Shown here piece after piece: positions 52,743-62,939 of a stretch of DNA of 64,000 nucleotides. The translations under genes were made by a program, and so were the position numbers. Source of the DNA: a virus. Lineage: Duplodnaviria; Heunggongvirae; Uroviricota; Caudoviricetes. Positions within the stretch are counted from its first letter, which is position 1. Every line of letters starts with the position of its first letter. The notes beneath the pieces are model-generated. The model searched no databases and had not been told where the DNA came from. It was given only the letters and a program-made list of their open reading frames with translations. The stretch lies in the IMG/VR virus record IMGVR_UViG_3300044984_001938. The stretch is one strand, 5' to 3'.

Positions 52743-54119
52743 ATGGCCGCCTTCTTCTATGATTCGCAGATACGCAGATTTTTAATCCAGTTTGGAAAAA
52801 TATTTTCAAACTGGGAAGTTACTAAAGGTAAAGACCCTGCAGGTAATGATATTATTGTGCGTGTACCAATCATGTATGGTGATAGTAGTAGACAAGCCGC
52901 AACTATTATTGCTAATAATAGCGCAAGTAACTTGCCTAGCGCACCGTTAATTACATATTATATAAGTGGTCTGGAGTACAATCAAAAATGGACTCAGGAT
53001 CCTACGTTCGTAGACAAGATTAATGTTCGTCAACGAGCATATAATCAAGAAACACAACAATATGAAACTGTACAAGGACAAGCATTTACGGTTGAAAGAT
53101 TAATGCCAGTTCCGTATACATTAAGAATCACAGTTGATTTTTGGACAACCAACTATAATCAAAAATTACAATTAGTTGAACAAATAGGAACGATATTTAA
53201 TCCTGCATTAGAAATTCAAAGTACTGATAACTTTCTAGACTGGACAAGTCTTAGTGCCGTGTTTCAAGATGGATTGACATTTAGCAGTCGTATTATTCCA
53301 GTTGGTACTGGAAATCCCATTGATGTTTTGAGTTGGAAATTCTATATGCCAATATGGATCACTACTGCAAGTAAAGTCAAGAAGATGGGAGTTGTTGAGA
53401 AAATTATAGCAAGTATTTTTTCAGGTAATGCATTACAAGATATGCAAAATGATGACATGTTATTGGGCACCAGACAAAAGATAACACCATATGGTTATAA
53501 GATTTTGTTATTAGGAAATACCTTACAGATATTACCACAGGCTATTGCATTTGATCCTTCTAATGATAATCTAAATCTACCGGATAATCCTGATACAGAT
53601 ATATACTGGTCCAGTGTATTGAATGTATACGGAACTATTAAACCGGGCATAAGTCAAATTTGGCTGCAAAATCCATATATGACTACTGAAATTGTAGGTA
53701 CTATTGTACCCAATCCAAACGATGATAGGGTATTGATCTACAACATTGACCCTGATACATTGCCGCAAAATACATTAACTCCAGTTGATGGTGTTATAAA
53801 TCCTCAAATGACAGGCCCTAATGCAGGATTACCCGGACCAATTAATGGTCGTAGATATTTACTAGTAGAAAATATTGGTGCACCGGGTGATAGTACAGTT
53901 TCTTGGGGCACGGTGATTGCTTTTGCTAATGATATCATTGAATACAGCACAGGTACTGGTGAATGGGTTGTCAGCTTTGATAGCACGGTAGCAACACCAA
54001 CTACATTAGAATATGTAACCAACTTAACAACTAATGTCCAATATCGTTTTATAGATGATATTTGGCAGAAAAGTTTTGAGGGTTGGTACGATCAGGGAAA
54101 TTATTCAGTGGTCATCTAA
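52743..54119 (+). CDS. Tail sheath stabiliser / tail terminator (T4 gp15-like)
   Basis: FFYDSQIRRFLIQF..IFS, VPIMYG, PVPY, QKLQLVEQI..FNP. Confidence 0.75.
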   Translation: MAAFFYDSQIRRFLIQFGKIFSNWEVTKGKDPAGNDIIVRVPIMYGDSSRQAATIIANNSASNLPSAPLITYYISGLEYNQKWTQDPTFVDKINVRQRAYNQETQQYETVQGQAFTVERLMPVPYTLRITVDFWTTNYNQKLQLVEQIGTIFNPALEIQSTDNFLDWTSLSAVFQDGLTFSSRIIPVGTGNPIDVLSWKFYMPIWITTASKVKKMGVVEKIIASIFSGNALQDMQNDDMLLGTRQKITPYGYKILLLGNTLQILPQAIAFDPSNDNLNLPDNPDTDIYWSSVLNVYGTIKPGISQIWLQNPYMTTEIVGTIVPNPNDDRVLIYNIDPDTLPQNTLTPVDGVINPQMTGPNAGLPGPINGRRYLLVENIGAPGDSTVSWGTVIAFANDIIEYSTGTGEWVVSFDSTVATPTTLEYVTNLTTNVQYRFIDDIWQKSFEGWYDQGNYSVVI

Positions 54120-54138
54120 TACTGTGAAAAATCATAGT

Positions 54139-54555
54139 ATGAGCAACCAGGCAGCGGGAGTTTTCTTTTATAGCAATAAAACAGATCGCTACCTATATCT
54201 GTTGCGTACTGATAATAAGAACCCGGGAAACTGGGGAATACCCGGCGGAAAGATAGAAGATGATGAAACTCTATTTGAAGGGATCGCAAGAGAATGTCAA
54301 GAGGAACTAGGATCTTTTCCATATAATGCAAAATTAGTTCCACTTCAAAAATTTATCAACCATGCATTCACCTATCATACATTTTTCTGTGAAGTAGACG
54401 ATGAGTTTGTACCAAAACTAAATGACGAACATTGTGGTTATGCATGGGTGGGTGATAATCAATATCCTAAACCGTTGCATCCGGGATTATTTAACACAGT
54501 ACATTTTGATGTGGTTCAATCTAAATTAAAGTCACTTACAAAAAAAGAGACCTAA
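54139..54555 (+). CDS. Nudix hydrolase (start reassigned to 54139)
   Basis: Nudix box GGKIEDDETLFEGIARECQEELG; LNDEH..YAW. Confidence 0.9.
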   Translation: MSNQAAGVFFYSNKTDRYLYLLRTDNKNPGNWGIPGGKIEDDETLFEGIARECQEELGSFPYNAKLVPLQKFINHAFTYHTFFCEVDDEFVPKLNDEHCGYAWVGDNQYPKPLHPGLFNTVHFDVVQSKLKSLTKKET

Positions 54556-54567
54556 GTCTCTTTTTTT
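54541..54567. terminator. Bidirectional terminator between convergent genes
   Basis: A6-GAGAC-CTAA-GTCTC-T7. Confidence 0.85.
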
Positions 54568-54865
54568 ATTTTAATAGTGCTGCCACTGTAGGTAACCCCA
54601 TAGAGCCGATTACTACACCGGCCCCCATTAGCATCCATCGCCATTTTTCAAGTGCAGAAATTTTACTAGCTAATTCATTGTGTTCTTTGACATCCTGTTC
54701 GCGCATAGATTTCAGCATTTTTCTAGTTTCTTCTGCATTAGCTTCAATTGCATCATGTAATGCCCTCAGATTCAGTTTAAGTTCCCCAATTTTATCCTCA
54801 AGGTTCTTAACTTGGTACTGAAGTACTGCAATTTCAGTTTCCGGTTGCATTTTAGAGGGCACCAT
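54566..54865 (-). CDS. Coiled-coil protein with C-terminal transmembrane helix (XhlA/holin-like)
   Basis: Heptad-like N-terminal part, then KWRWMLMGAGVVIGSMGL. Confidence 0.55.
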   Translation of the reverse strand: MVPSKMQPETEIAVLQYQVKNLEDKIGELKLNLRALHDAIEANAEETRKMLKSMREQDVKEHNELASKISALEKWRWMLMGAGVVIGSMGLPTVAALLK

Positions 54866-54867
54866 GA

Positions 54868-56133
54868 TTATGCGCTAGCAATAGAAACTATTTCGTAAGG
54901 CTGAGCACCAACTGAGTTGGCTGCTGCTGCGGTGTTGAATGTAGCAAATATCGGAGTAGCATTTTGAAATACAATATTACCGGTGGCAACTGGACCAGAA
55001 GTAGCAGTAAACAACTCGCCAACGTGATCACTTAAACTTTGAACCGTTTGAGTAGCACTATTAGCATATGTAGCAAGAATCCGCATTGTATTAGGAGTCA
55101 ATGCGGTATTTGCAAGATTTGCAGTAAAGCACTGTGATGTTAATCCAGTAACTGTGCCTGTAACTAAATATTTTTGCTTACCCTTTTGACGAACAATGAA
55201 ACCTGCTTCATCATTTGCATAGACAAATGCGGCGCCTGTTGAGGCAACTGCGGCGTTTGCAACTAGTTCAACTACATCTTGTTGTGCATCAGGTGTGCCC
55301 GTAGCATTAGACAAATCAACTTCTGCTCCAGCCAATGTTTCTGAAACAGTAAGTGCAGTTGCGTTAGCAATTGCTTTAACAAAATAAACTTGACCAGATA
55401 CTAGACCACCCAAGTTAGCAGTAAATCTTACTGTACCATTAGCAAACAATGTCTGAGCATTACCGGTAGTACGAATGATGTTACCGGTGTTGTTTGTGTT
55501 AGCAACAGCAATTGCTGTGAAGCCACCAACGGTGTTAGCAAAACCTATCGTAGTATAATTTGTACTACCGTTGATGTTTGCGCTAGCAACTTGAATAGCA
55601 GAACCTACACTTAATGTGTTTGCCAAATCAGTACCAATACCAGTTACATAAGCGGTATTAGTTGCAGAGTACAATGTACCTGTACCATTAACACCAATAG
55701 CAACTTGTGCAAGTACTTGCTTACCGATAATAGCTGTATTACCACCTACTACGCTATATGTATTAGCATTTGTTGCGGGAAAACCAGTTCCACCAACTGG
55801 GTTATTGAAATATGCATCAACGACATTAAAAGATGCTTTAACCGTGCCTCCTGATGAATTAGTTAATGTAGCCATCACACGAGGTTGAACACTTAATTGT
55901 GTAGTTGAAACGCTGAATGTAGTGTTTGATAAAATAGTATCAACATAATATATTGTGTTGGCTACTAAACCACTAATGCTTGATGCAGGTACAAATGACA
56001 TACCGTTAGCTACACCTACTGTAGGGGTTGTAGTTAGATTTCCACCTGAAATTGTAACGATACTGCCTGTTGTTGCTGTATTTGTGATTGTTAAGACTGC
56101 TTGAGCCTTTGCGATTTTTAGAGGGCGTCCCAT
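54868..56133 (-). CDS. Structural protein (Ala/Thr/Asn-rich beta repeats)
   Basis: MGRPLK N-terminus; GFIVRQKGKQKYLV motif; strong AGGAG RBS. Confidence 0.65.
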   Translation of the reverse strand: MGRPLKIAKAQAVLTITNTATTGSIVTISGGNLTTTPTVGVANGMSFVPASSISGLVANTIYYVDTILSNTTFSVSTTQLSVQPRVMATLTNSSGGTVKASFNVVDAYFNNPVGGTGFPATNANTYSVVGGNTAIIGKQVLAQVAIGVNGTGTLYSATNTAYVTGIGTDLANTLSVGSAIQVASANINGSTNYTTIGFANTVGGFTAIAVANTNNTGNIIRTTGNAQTLFANGTVRFTANLGGLVSGQVYFVKAIANATALTVSETLAGAEVDLSNATGTPDAQQDVVELVANAAVASTGAAFVYANDEAGFIVRQKGKQKYLVTGTVTGLTSQCFTANLANTALTPNTMRILATYANSATQTVQSLSDHVGELFTATSGPVATGNIVFQNATPIFATFNTAAAANSVGAQPYEIVSIASA

Positions 56134-56239
56134 TTTGATTTCTCCTATTATGGGTTGCGGGTTCTAGCCGCCGTTAATGAGAACATTACGAAGCACCTTA
56201 TTATGCTATATCAATATATTTATCTTAAGGAGCTAAAAA

Positions 56240-56803
56240 TCAATAGTTGGGAAGTCCGGATGGGTTATTTCCAACTGGATTAACACCAGAGGTGCCGCTG
56301 TTTGGATGCGGCATACCCAATTCTGTAATAGAGAATATAGTGTTAGCTCCTGCTACGGTTAAGAAAGAAACAATGTTACCCTGCCCTACAATAATACTAT
56401 TATTTACAGTGTTTGCCGGAATGACTTCACTATTTGCAGTTGCCACTGTATAAGGCACACCGTAAGGATTATATCTTGCTGTAGTAGCTGATATTGCTAC
56501 AGCAGCATTTGCTGTTAGTGTTAAACTAGTGTTATTGGCAATTGATTTAACAATGCCAACTGTGTTTCCAGTAGTATTGCCAATCCAATAACCGATTCCT
56601 AATTCTGTTAAAAATAATGTTCCTGAGCCGGTTACTGTATTACTATTAGTAGCACATGTTACAGTTCCACTTAGTGCTACATTAGGGTAACTAGTAGTGT
56701 ATTGAATAGCTGCATTAGAAGTGGCTATTCTTACTTTATCGGTTGCAATGTTTGCCGAAGCTGCTGGTGTTGCAATGTTTGCTGTATATGCGTATGTTGT
56801 CAT
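56240..56803 (-). CDS. Structural protein
   Basis: Thr/Asn-rich; GTVTCATNSNTVTGSGTLF fibre-like repeat. Confidence 0.6.
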   Translation of the reverse strand: MTTYAYTANIATPAASANIATDKVRIATSNAAIQYTTSYPNVALSGTVTCATNSNTVTGSGTLFLTELGIGYWIGNTTGNTVGIVKSIANNTSLTLTANAAVAISATTARYNPYGVPYTVATANSEVIPANTVNNSIIVGQGNIVSFLTVAGANTIFSITELGMPHPNSGTSGVNPVGNNPSGLPNY

Positions 56804-56895
56804 TTTTATTCCTATATCTTATTTATTGTTAAAGTCTGCCAACTGCAACTTCAATAATGCTTTCGCCACGGTGATAAACGATATTTCGTTGGCAA

Positions 56896-57180
56896 TCACT
56901 TGGGGTACCTCAATTTAACGTCTAGGCACGCAGCGATGTAAGCCTGCACCTGAGCCGCGTCACCCTTAACGATCCCATCGAGGTAGTCCGTGGCGTCGGG
57001 GTAGGCTGCACGGCGGAGTTCTTGGTACGTGGCAACCGGCGGTGGATCGGCGGGCTCTGGTGTGTTTCCCTCTGCTACCCACGCAAGGTATCGCTGGTAG
57101 TCGGAGTTTGCGGGGTCTGTCGGAATGTAAGCCCTGTCAGAGAGCCGGATGACGGCAGTTGTGTTGGTTAGTTTGTACAT
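56896..57180 (-). CDS. Tail fibre assembly chaperone-like protein
   Basis: [27 protein letters not shown] and RRAAYP..VKLRYPK motifs; GC-rich like the adjoining fibre tip. Confidence 0.7.
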   Translation of the reverse strand: MYKLTNTTAVIRLSDRAYIPTDPANSDYQRYLAWVAEGNTPEPADPPPVATYQELRRAAYPDATDYLDGIVKGDAAQVQAYIAACLDVKLRYPK

Positions 57181-57189
57181 GATAGCCTT

Positions 57190-60100
57190 TTAAAATTCTG
57201 CGGAAGCGGTGAGTTGCCCGACAAGAGATGATGATGCTGCGCAAACGGTACACAGGGTCAATACGCCGGATGACCCCGACGCTGTCATAGACACCGCCCT
57301 AGCAGTGGCGCCACCGTCCATCCATGTGCCGACAGCCCCACTTACTGGGTTGTAGTAGACCACCGTCGGGGTAGTACGCATGGTCACTGGGAACGAACCA
57401 GTTATTACCGCTAGCCCACCGGCTGTCGCAATCCCCCCTATAGATCCGGCACTGCCACCCACCGCGCCAGGGGTCAGAGATTGATCGTAGGTTTTGTAGA
57501 AGTACCGCTGGCACAGCGACAGCTCCAGCCCGTAAGACCGTTGCTCAAACTTAGTGTTCACGGAACCAATCTCAATTTGTACCTGCGCTATGCCGACCGA
57601 TATCCCGGCCCCTACCGCGCCGAACGTCAACGAAGGCTGCAGGCCGAACTGCTGCGCCGGTATGGTGTACTGGTACGTTATTTTTCTCCACCCAGTTTCG
57701 GCCTCAGATACGTTAGACCCGAGGTTGATGTACGAGGTGTAGTTGTCAGTGGCAGTTGGGTACACAAGGTCCATGGTGACCGTGCGCGAATCACTGGAGT
57801 AGACCCACGCCGATACCGTCACAATCTGTCCGCTCATGTCGTACATATTTAACGACTCAATGCGCTGTGCGAGGGAAATCACGGTGTTCCCCGCAGACCC
57901 GTTGTAGAGTAGCGAGTACAGAGACTGTGCATTTGGGACATTGGTGGACTGCGTTGCTACGGCAGGCACAGTTCCGGTGGTAACTAGGAACCATCGGTCT
58001 GCTAAAAATGATCCGTTTGCGGGGTTGGTTATAAACGTTCCACGCCCCCACACCATCATGTTCCCGTTGATGATCCGATTGCGTAGGCCAGCAAGCTGTC
58101 CGCTGTTGATAGCCTTGAGGTCTCTGATGCCAGTAGCGTAGGTATCAGAAAACGTGAGGCTGTCCACTGTTACATTACCGTTGAAATCGTGAGTAGTTGC
58201 TATATAGGTGATCACATTGGCTGCGCTATCAGCTAATGCATAGTCTTGAACTAATATTCTAGGCCCCGCTGTAGGATAACCTAACATTACTGCATTTACA
58301 TTACCTGTATACAATGGTTCCAGACCTGTTGTCAGCCTGAGAATATCTGTATAAGTTCCTGACACAAATGCCAATCCGGCTGCTTTGCTGCCGTAACTAG
58401 TACCAAGCGCCATTGATATATTACTATTTCCTATATTAGTAAAAGTTGATGAACCCAACGAAAGTACTTTTAAGCCATCATTCATTGAAGTTATCGTATT
58501 AGTACCGTCATAGTCAGCAAACATATTAGCAGCAAGGCCTGCCGCATTAGCATACCTACCTAACATTCTACCAGATAAGATTGATCCATCTGTAGCATAT
58601 TGAACAGGTGTTCCAGTATTGATATTTACATTACCATTACCATTATTGTTATTGATATTTACATTACCGTTGAAAGAGTGAGTATTTGCTATATAGGTAA
58701 TCACATTGGGCGCACTATCAAGTAATGCATAGTCTTGAACTAATATTCTAGGGCCCACTGTAGGGTAACCCAACATTACTGCATTTACATTACCTAGATA
58801 CAATGGTGTGCCATTTATTGCTATTGCAAGAACATCATCTGCAGTTCCTGACACAAATGCCAATCCGGCTGCTTTACTGCCATAATTAGTACCAAGCGCC
58901 ATTGATATATTACTATTTCCTATACCAGAATCAAGTTGTCGACCCAATTGGCCCGCCCTTAATGCATCAGTAGATGTTATAGAATTGGTTCCGTTATAAT
59001 CAGCAAAATAAGAATTAATATTACCCGTACGATTAGCATACCTACCTAATAGCCTACCAGATATGATTGATCCATCTGTATTATATTGTACCGGTGTTCC
59101 AGTATTGATATTTACATTACCAGTAACACTTGAACTTGTTAATGTGCCGGTACTTGTAATATTTGGTTGTGCCGCAGTTGTTACTGTTCCTGCTGTAGTT
59201 GCATTACCGATGAATGTTGTTGCTGAAACATTACCTGCTGTTATATTACCAGTAACACTTAAACTTGTCAATGTACCAACACTTGTTATATTACCTTGTG
59301 CCGCAGTTGTTACTGTACCTGCTGTAGTTGCAGCACCAGTTAAGGCACCGGTGAATGTTGTTGCTGCAACATTACCTGCTGTTATATTACCGGAAACACT
59401 TAAACCTGTCAATGTACCAACACTTGTGATATTACCTTGTGCCGCAGTTGTTACTGTACCTGCTGTAGTTGCATTACCTGTTAATGCACCGGTGAATGTT
59501 GTTGCTGCAACATTACCTGCTGTTATATTACCGGAAACAGATGCGGTACCGGTAACACTTAATGTATGAGTTGGGGCAATATTGGCAATACCCACGTTGC
59601 CGCCGGATAGGATGGTCATCCGTGTGGTGTTCGTACTATTGCGGAAATGGATTTCGTTGGGGGCGGTAGCGTGAGCCTCACCGAATGCAATTATCGCACC
59701 GCCAAGTCCGACACTTGATCCACCTGAAATACCCAAGTAGCCATCTGCGCCGTTTTGTACAACTCCTTGACTTATGCCAAGTATTAGTTTGCCAGCCAAG
59801 TAATTATCCGCAGTCCCCGACATGTACAGGTTGTACCTGCCAGTGGCAGCGGCGATAATCCCGTGGAACCCGTAGTTATTAGTGGCACCAGTAAGCGTAG
59901 AATCCGCAAGGAAACCTGTTTGGTAGGTAACCGCAGACCCGGCACCCATGGTACTTATGCCGCCTGCTATGTAGTGATAGAGGCTCGGTATCGTAAATGC
60001 CGCTGCAACAGTGGATGGGTATGAGTAATATCCGATGTAGTTGTTGATGACATCACTTTGAATTTGCCCGTTATTCTGAACTCCGATTGAAGTCACGCTT

Positions 60101-61923
60101 CCGGTAACATTTTTCCCTACAGTCAACGACCGGCCAGCACTCGGCGCAACCCCGATACCAAGGTTCTGACTTGCATCAAGGGTCATTGCTGGTGAGCTAC
60201 TCGTTTTCCACACATGGTATGAAGCATCGGTGGACTTGTACACATACCCACTTTGTGCTGCGTTGGTAGACACCTCTTGTACATAGCCGGCGTTATTTAC
60301 TTCCCAGCGAATTTGTGATGTGCTTGTTCCTCCGTTAACGCTTAATTTAGCAGTACTAGATGAAGTGCCTATTCCCACGTTACCGCTAGTAGTACTAAGG
60401 AATGCGCTACCAGTAACCGTTAAAGTTGTCAATGAACCGGTACTTGTAATATTTGGTTGTGCCGCAGTTGTTACCGTACCTGCTGTAGTTGCACTACCTG
60501 ATATAGTAGCAACAAGTTGTCCAGATATAGAAACAGAGGTTGTATTGGCACTAATTGTTTGTGCGCCTATATAGATCGTACTATTAGCCAAATACAAATC
60601 ATTAAATCTATTTGTATTATTACCCAAATTATATGTTATGTTTGCATTAGGTGTAATATTACCCGCAACAACAAGACCAGTTAATATTCCAACACTTGTG
60701 ATATTACCCTGTGCCGCAGTTGTTACTGTACCTGTTAAGTATGTCGCACTTAATAAATTACCACCTGTAATATTGCCTAAACTCGTCAATACAATTGTTC
60801 CATTGCCAAATACTGCATTAGCAGTTACATTACCAACTGTTAATCCAGTTAATATTCCAACACTTGTGATATTACCCTGTGCCGCAGTTGTTACTGTACC
60901 GGCAGTTGTTGCACTGCCTGCAGTTGCTACTGATAAATTAGCTACTGGTGTTGTACTTGTTACGGTTAACGGTGCCGTACCGGTTGCAATATTGGAAATT
61001 AATACAGGAGCAGTAATTAGTGATGTTGCATTTATGTTTTGAGTACTAATATTACCTGAAAAAACTGTTAAGGTTGCGGTAGATTTATCAAATGTAAATC
61101 CTGCAACACCGTTTGAGGTGCCTTGGTCATTAAATTGTACTGATCTATTTGAACCACCTGCGACGGCGCCGCCGCTACCGCTACCTAGTACTGCTGTTGC
61201 AGTACCTGTATTCGCTGTATACGACAATAATCCAGCACCATTGGCTGTGGTTGATAAACCAGTATCAGTGTACAATACTACATTACCTGAACCAACTACA
61301 CTACTATTAGCACTAAAATTTGCATCAACTTTAACATAAAATGTTTGACTATTGATATTTGCACTTGCGCTACTATTAGAAATATTTGCGCCAGATATAG
61401 TAATTGATTGGCTGTTGATATATGGAGTAGTGTTTGCAACTGTCATTGTAACAATATTACCAGTTACATTATTAGTCAATCCTATTATAGTAGTTCTTAA
61501 AGAATTCTTAGGTGTCCAGGATAAATTACCTAAGCCGTCTGTTTCTAGCACATACCCAATGGCTCCGCCTGTCATTGAAATGTTTGATACACTTCCTAAT
61601 TGTAGTTTAGTTCCGCCAAATTGACTAGCATTACCTGAATAATTTTCCCAAGTATCAGTACTTGACACATAAGTTAATATTTGTCCATTTTGAGCAGCAG
61701 AAATATTAAAGTTTCCTCCGTCTGAGCCGGTAATCTGACTGAAATTTATATTTGAATAAGAAGTTAGTACTTCAATATTTTCATCTGCATAAACATTTCC
61801 AGTTTTGCCTATGAAAAGACGATTTGTGTCGGTTGCCCAACCAAATTCGCCGTTATCTAGCTGAGGTAGATCAACTAGATTTCCTGCTCGTTGTGTTATC
61901 TTTGAGATTTGTACTATGGCCAT
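57190..61923 (-). CDS. Long tail fibre / receptor-binding protein with Mtd-N-like anchor
   Basis: QISKITQRAG..LPQLDNGEFGWATDTNRLFIG; repeated TTAAQ(G/P)NITS(V/T)G.LT; internal ~150-aa duplication; tip shared with 29071..34248. Confidence 0.85.
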   Translation of the reverse strand: MAIVQISKITQRAGNLVDLPQLDNGEFGWATDTNRLFIGKTGNVYADENIEVLTSYSNINFSQITGSDGGNFNISAAQNGQILTYVSSTDTWENYSGNASQFGGTKLQLGSVSNISMTGGAIGYVLETDGLGNLSWTPKNSLRTTIIGLTNNVTGNIVTMTVANTTPYINSQSITISGANISNSSASANINSQTFYVKVDANFSANSSVVGSGNVVLYTDTGLSTTANGAGLLSYTANTGTATAVLGSGSGGAVAGGSNRSVQFNDQGTSNGVAGFTFDKSTATLTVFSGNISTQNINATSLITAPVLISNIATGTAPLTVTSTTPVANLSVATAGSATTAGTVTTAAQGNITSVGILTGLTVGNVTANAVFGNGTIVLTSLGNITGGNLLSATYLTGTVTTAAQGNITSVGILTGLVVAGNITPNANITYNLGNNTNRFNDLYLANSTIYIGAQTISANTTSVSISGQLVATISGSATTAGTVTTAAQPNITSTGSLTTLTVTGSAFLSTTSGNVGIGTSSSTAKLSVNGGTSTSQIRWEVNNAGYVQEVSTNAAQSGYVYKSTDASYHVWKTSSSPAMTLDASQNLGIGVAPSAGRSLTVGKNVTGSVTSIGVQNNGQIQSDVINNYIGYYSYPSTVAAAFTIPSLYHYIAGGISTMGAGSAVTYQTGFLADSTLTGATNNYGFHGIIAAATGRYNLYMSGTADNYLAGKLILGISQGVVQNGADGYLGISGGSSVGLGGAIIAFGEAHATAPNEIHFRNSTNTTRMTILSGGNVGIANIAPTHTLSVTGTASVSGNITAGNVAATTFTGALTGNATTAGTVTTAAQGNITSVGTLTGLSVSGNITAGNVAATTFTGALTGAATTAGTVTTAAQGNITSVGTLTSLSVTGNITAGNVSATTFIGNATTAGTVTTAAQPNITSTGTLTSSSVTGNVNINTGTPVQYNTDGSIISGRLLGRYANRTGNINSYFADYNGTNSITSTDALRAGQLGRQLDSGIGNSNISMALGTNYGSKAAGLAFVSGTADDVLAIAINGTPLYLGNVNAVMLGYPTVGPRILVQDYALLDSAPNVITYIANTHSFNGNVNINNNNGNGNVNINTGTPVQYATDGSILSGRMLGRYANAAGLAANMFADYDGTNTITSMNDGLKVLSLGSSTFTNIGNSNISMALGTSYGSKAAGLAFVSGTYTDILRLTTGLEPLYTGNVNAVMLGYPTAGPRILVQDYALADSAANVITYIATTHDFNGNVTVDSLTFSDTYATGIRDLKAINSGQLAGLRNRIINGNMMVWGRGTFITNPANGSFLADRWFLVTTGTVPAVATQSTNVPNAQSLYSLLYNGSAGNTVISLAQRIESLNMYDMSGQIVTVSAWVYSSDSRTVTMDLVYPTATDNYTSYINLGSNVSEAETGWRKITYQYTIPAQQFGLQPSLTFGAVGAGISVGIAQVQIEIGSVNTKFEQRSYGLELSLCQRYFYKTYDQSLTPGAVGGSAGSIGGIATAGGLAVITGSFPVTMRTTPTVVYYNPVSGAVGTWMDGGATARAVSMTASGSSGVLTLCTVCAASSSLVGQLTASAEF

Positions 61924-61974
61924 AAGTGTAATTCTTCACGTTTACACTTATTTATCATAATAATTACTTAATCG

Positions 61975-62189
61975 CTAAAGGAATTTTGTGTAGTATTGTT
62001 CTACTCGTTTGAACCACACGTCACTATACTTGTCAAATTCATTACCTTCAATGATGAATTCCTGATAAACATTGTCTTTGGTACACATAAAGATAACACC
62101 TTTGCGTATTTTAGTACCATGAACTTCATGTAGTATTGTTCTACCCGCTTAAACCACATGTCACTATATTTGTCAAATTCATTACCTTC
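61975..62189 (-). pseudogene. Orphan duplicated 3' ends of the exonuclease gene
   Basis: 62130->61975 reads HEVHGTKIRKGVIFMCTKDNVYQEFIIEGNEFDKYSDVWFKRVEQYYTKFL*; 62189->62129 reads EGNEFDKYSDMWFKRVEQY; compare the C-terminus of 62940..63626. Confidence 0.85.
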
Positions 62190-62869
62190 TACTTGGTTGT
62201 TTTAGAAGACCAGTAATCTCGTTTTTTATTTCGGCGTAATTCTTTTAATTCTGCTGCTTTTTCAGGACCGTAGATTTCTTCATATGTCATTCCCTTTTTG
62301 CCTGAAGGTATACCTTTATTATGAGAAGGACCTAATTTTTTTCCTTTGTTCCATCCTTCTTGGACTCCTGTTTTACCTTTATTCCAGGGAATTCTGCCCT
62401 TAGGCGGGCCCATATTTATTTTTTGTTCAGGTGTTAATGTTTTGCCCTTATTCCATGCCTCTTGTAACCCAGTTAAACCTTTGTTCCATGCTACAATTTT
62501 CCCCTCATTGATACCTTTTATTCTTGCTTGAGACATGCTTTGTTTTCTTTCGTCAGAATACGGTCCGTATACTGCACCAGACGTTCCCTCGCCACCGTCT
62601 GTTAGATTACGGAGTATGCCTGTTCCTAAATCTTTTCTCCCATACCAAGCTATCATTCGTCGTTCAATTGCGAATGCACCTATCTCAGTGAGATTACTCT
62701 CTAATATTATTATTTTTTCAGGATCCTTAGGCACAGCGATATTTTTGTGAGGGGTCCACGCTCTACCTAATTTACCCTTTCCTATGTAATAAGGAGTATT
62801 GCCATACTTACGGATATATGCGTAAACATAGAATCCGCAAGGCGGATAGAGTTTTGAATAAATATTCAT
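62189..62869 (-). CDS. Free-standing GIY-YIG-like homing endonuclease with NUMOD3-like repeats
   Basis: FYVYAYIR..PYYIGKG..RAW, AFAIERRMIAWYG, LRNLTDGGEG; repeated (A/P/G)WNKGK; start at 62869 after an AAGGAG RBS. Confidence 0.8.
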   Translation of the reverse strand: MNIYSKLYPPCGFYVYAYIRKYGNTPYYIGKGKLGRAWTPHKNIAVPKDPEKIIILESNLTEIGAFAIERRMIAWYGRKDLGTGILRNLTDGGEGTSGAVYGPYSDERKQSMSQARIKGINEGKIVAWNKGLTGLQEAWNKGKTLTPEQKINMGPPKGRIPWNKGKTGVQEGWNKGKKLGPSHNKGIPSGKKGMTYEEIYGPEKAAELKELRRNKKRDYWSSKTTK

Positions 62870-62939
62870 GCTGATTGCTCCTTGTAGCATTAGAGTGAGT
62901 GGGGATTGCAGTCCCGCGACTCACACTTATTTATCAAAA

